A DNA stretch of 64,000 nt from Macrostomum lignano (taxonomy: Eukaryota): assembly GCA_002269645.1 (NCBI GenBank), contig NIVC01002485.1:1-64000 (forward strand). Reading direction: 5' to 3'. Of the stretch, positions 62,201-64,000 are shown in pieces. Each line of letters opens with the position of its first letter. Position 1 is the first letter of the stretch. The translations under genes and the position numbers were made by a program. The notes under the pieces are model-generated. The model was given only the letters and a program-made list of their open reading frames with translations. It made no database searches and was not told where the DNA came from.

Positions 62201-62974
62201 CCACTGATGGTCGATACATATCGGTATGTTGAATATTGTGAACATTCTCCATCATTTCCATTGGCTGCTGTTGTTAAACGAGTGTCCAAAATGCGCACAG
62301 TAATGCTGGCTACAATGCCAATTGGGAATAATTATTAATTAAGTTATTCCTATCTCTGTCTTACTAAGACTTTTTGGCCACTATTTGCTACATTTTTAGC
62401 CTCTTTGTTCTCTAGCAAATTTAGGCTGAAACTGAGACAAGTATACTGATTACTGTTTTCCTATTGTAGTTAACAGTGTTTTGATGTCGAAATCTAATTT
62501 CGAATCGAATGCAGTCTTGAGTTTAAAAATTTTCAATTTAACAATTCTTTCGAGCTCCGCCTGCGACAGCCTATGGCTGGCCGACCTGTCAGCTCGGTGG
62601 GGAGCGGCCCGCCATTGGCTGCTGGACAATCGACCCTGGGCCTCTATTCCCCATCCCCATCGCACTCCTGTTTTCATTGACATTATTTAAAGAGAGCCAG
62701 CCAATGCTGGACTGACGCGGTGCACTGTTTGATTTTGGCCCGCTGTTTGCCCCACCTGCTAGGCCGTCTTTCTCAATCAACACCTTTATCACACTGCTAA
62801 CATTAAGCTGCTGCATCTGGGTGATAAGCTGCTCCACGACAGCTCGAAAACATCTTGACTTTCCCACGCTCTCGAGACTACTTAATCTTGCCCAGATCGC
62901 GACAGACTGCTCGGCCCATTGAAGCAGACAGTTCTTCTGAAGCGTAATTGAAGTCGTCGAATATCTTTGGAATC

Positions 62975-63756
62975 ATGGTTCAACGACTGCTGCCTTCCTG
63001 GGTACTGTTCCTGCTGCTCGGTATGTCGAATTTTCATCGGCCTTTTATATTGCACTTTTAGCCTCCGGGAAACATAACCGCATTTTGCCTTGCTACTTTT
63101 TAGGATGCATCTTTGCAGCTCAGGCTTCAACCGCTCGTCACTCTGGAAAACACAAGAGGATGCTGCGCGATCCCATGCTGGACAAGAGGATGTTGCGTGA
63201 CCCCATGCTCGACAAGAGGATGCTGCGTGACCCCATGCTCGACAAGAGGATGCTGCGTGACCCCATGCTGGACAAGAGGATGCTGCGTGACCCCATGCTC
63301 GACAAGAGGATGCTGCGCGATCCCATGCTGGACAAGAGGATGCTGCGTGACCCCATGCTGGACAAGAGGATGCTGCGCGATCCCATGCTGGACAAGAGGA
63401 TGCTGCGTGATCCCATGCTCGATAAGCGGATGCTGCGTGACCCCATGCTCGACAAGAGGATGCTGCGTGATCCCATGCTCGATAAGCGGATGCTGCGTGA
63501 CCCCATGCTGGACAAGCGGATGCTGCGTGATCCCATGCTCGATAAGCGGATGCTGCGTGACCCCATGCTGGACAAGCGGATGCTGCGTGACCCCATGCTG
63601 GACAAGCGGATGCTGCGTGACCCCATGCTGGACAAGCGGATGCTGCGTGACCCCATGCTGGACAAGCGGATGCTGCGTGACCCCATGCTGGACAAGCGGA
63701 TGCTGCGTGACCCCATGCTGGACAAGCGGATGCTGCGTGACCCCATGCTGGACTAG
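62975..63756 (+). CDS. Secreted multi-copy peptide precursor (probable neuropeptide prohormone): signal peptide + 20 x MLRDPMLD separated by KR, 232 aa
   Basis: Exon 1 62975-63020 (MVQRLLPSWVLFLLL G|, donor GTATGT), 83-nt intron 63021-63103 (acceptor CTACTTTTTAG), exon 2 63104-63756 (CIFAAQASTARHSGKH-KR-[MLRDPMLD-KR]19-MLRDPMLD-stop). All inter-copy substitutions are synonymous. Confidence 0.88.
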
Positions 63757-64000
63757 AAGATTTGTTCTACTCTGATGCGAGCAACTGTTTTGGTCCAGTC
63801 GACACTAAGAATGTACTTTTACTGGCTTTTAGCTTTTAATCGGTTCCATAGATCTCCTGGGATGTTGAGCGAATTAGACACTTTTCGGCCTGAATCGATT
63901 CCCACTCGTTCCTATTTTAAACTGTTTCACACCTGCTGGAAATTACAAAGCTGGCTCTCAGTGCTGTTCGCACTTGTTCTCAGCCAGAGAGTAGCAAATC

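Noticed and set aside
63113-63775. Cys-rich frame (TRGCCVTPCW)n and the minus-strand (MGSRSIRLSS)n frame as keratin-associated or metallothionein-like proteins
   Set aside because: Inter-copy changes are non-synonymous in these frames but all silent in the KRMLRDPMLD frame, which also splices to a signal-peptide exon.

Overview
Eukaryotic (animal) genomic DNA with GC-rich exons, GT-AG introns and AT-rich intergenic DNA. Overall character suggests a free-living flatworm such as Macrostomum (inference, not database-confirmed). Seven protein-coding genes were reconstructed by hand from splice sites with consistent phases: INTS7 (-, first coding exon only, apparent frameshift), an SPC24-like kinetochore gene (+), SKI2/SKIC2 helicase (+, 10 exons, 1282 aa), a GT32 SUR1/Och1-type glycosyltransferase (-, 4 coding exons, 364 aa), cytochrome c (+), sphingosine-1-phosphate lyase (+, 14 exons, 543 aa) and a two-exon secreted precursor at 62975-63756. 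That precursor is the best hunt result: it looks like a 30-bp minisatellite but encodes a signal peptide plus 20 copies of MLRDPMLD separated by KR sites, with only synonymous variation between copies, i.e. a probable neuropeptide prohormone. About 20 locus-private minisatellites fill introns and flanks; two flank SKI2 exon 3 as inverted copies of one 20-bp core. Also present: three hAT-type elements with 8-bp TSDs, a TA-flanked foldback MITE, a tRNA-derived SINE, LINE fragments, and three perfect heat-shock elements with no HSP gene nearby.
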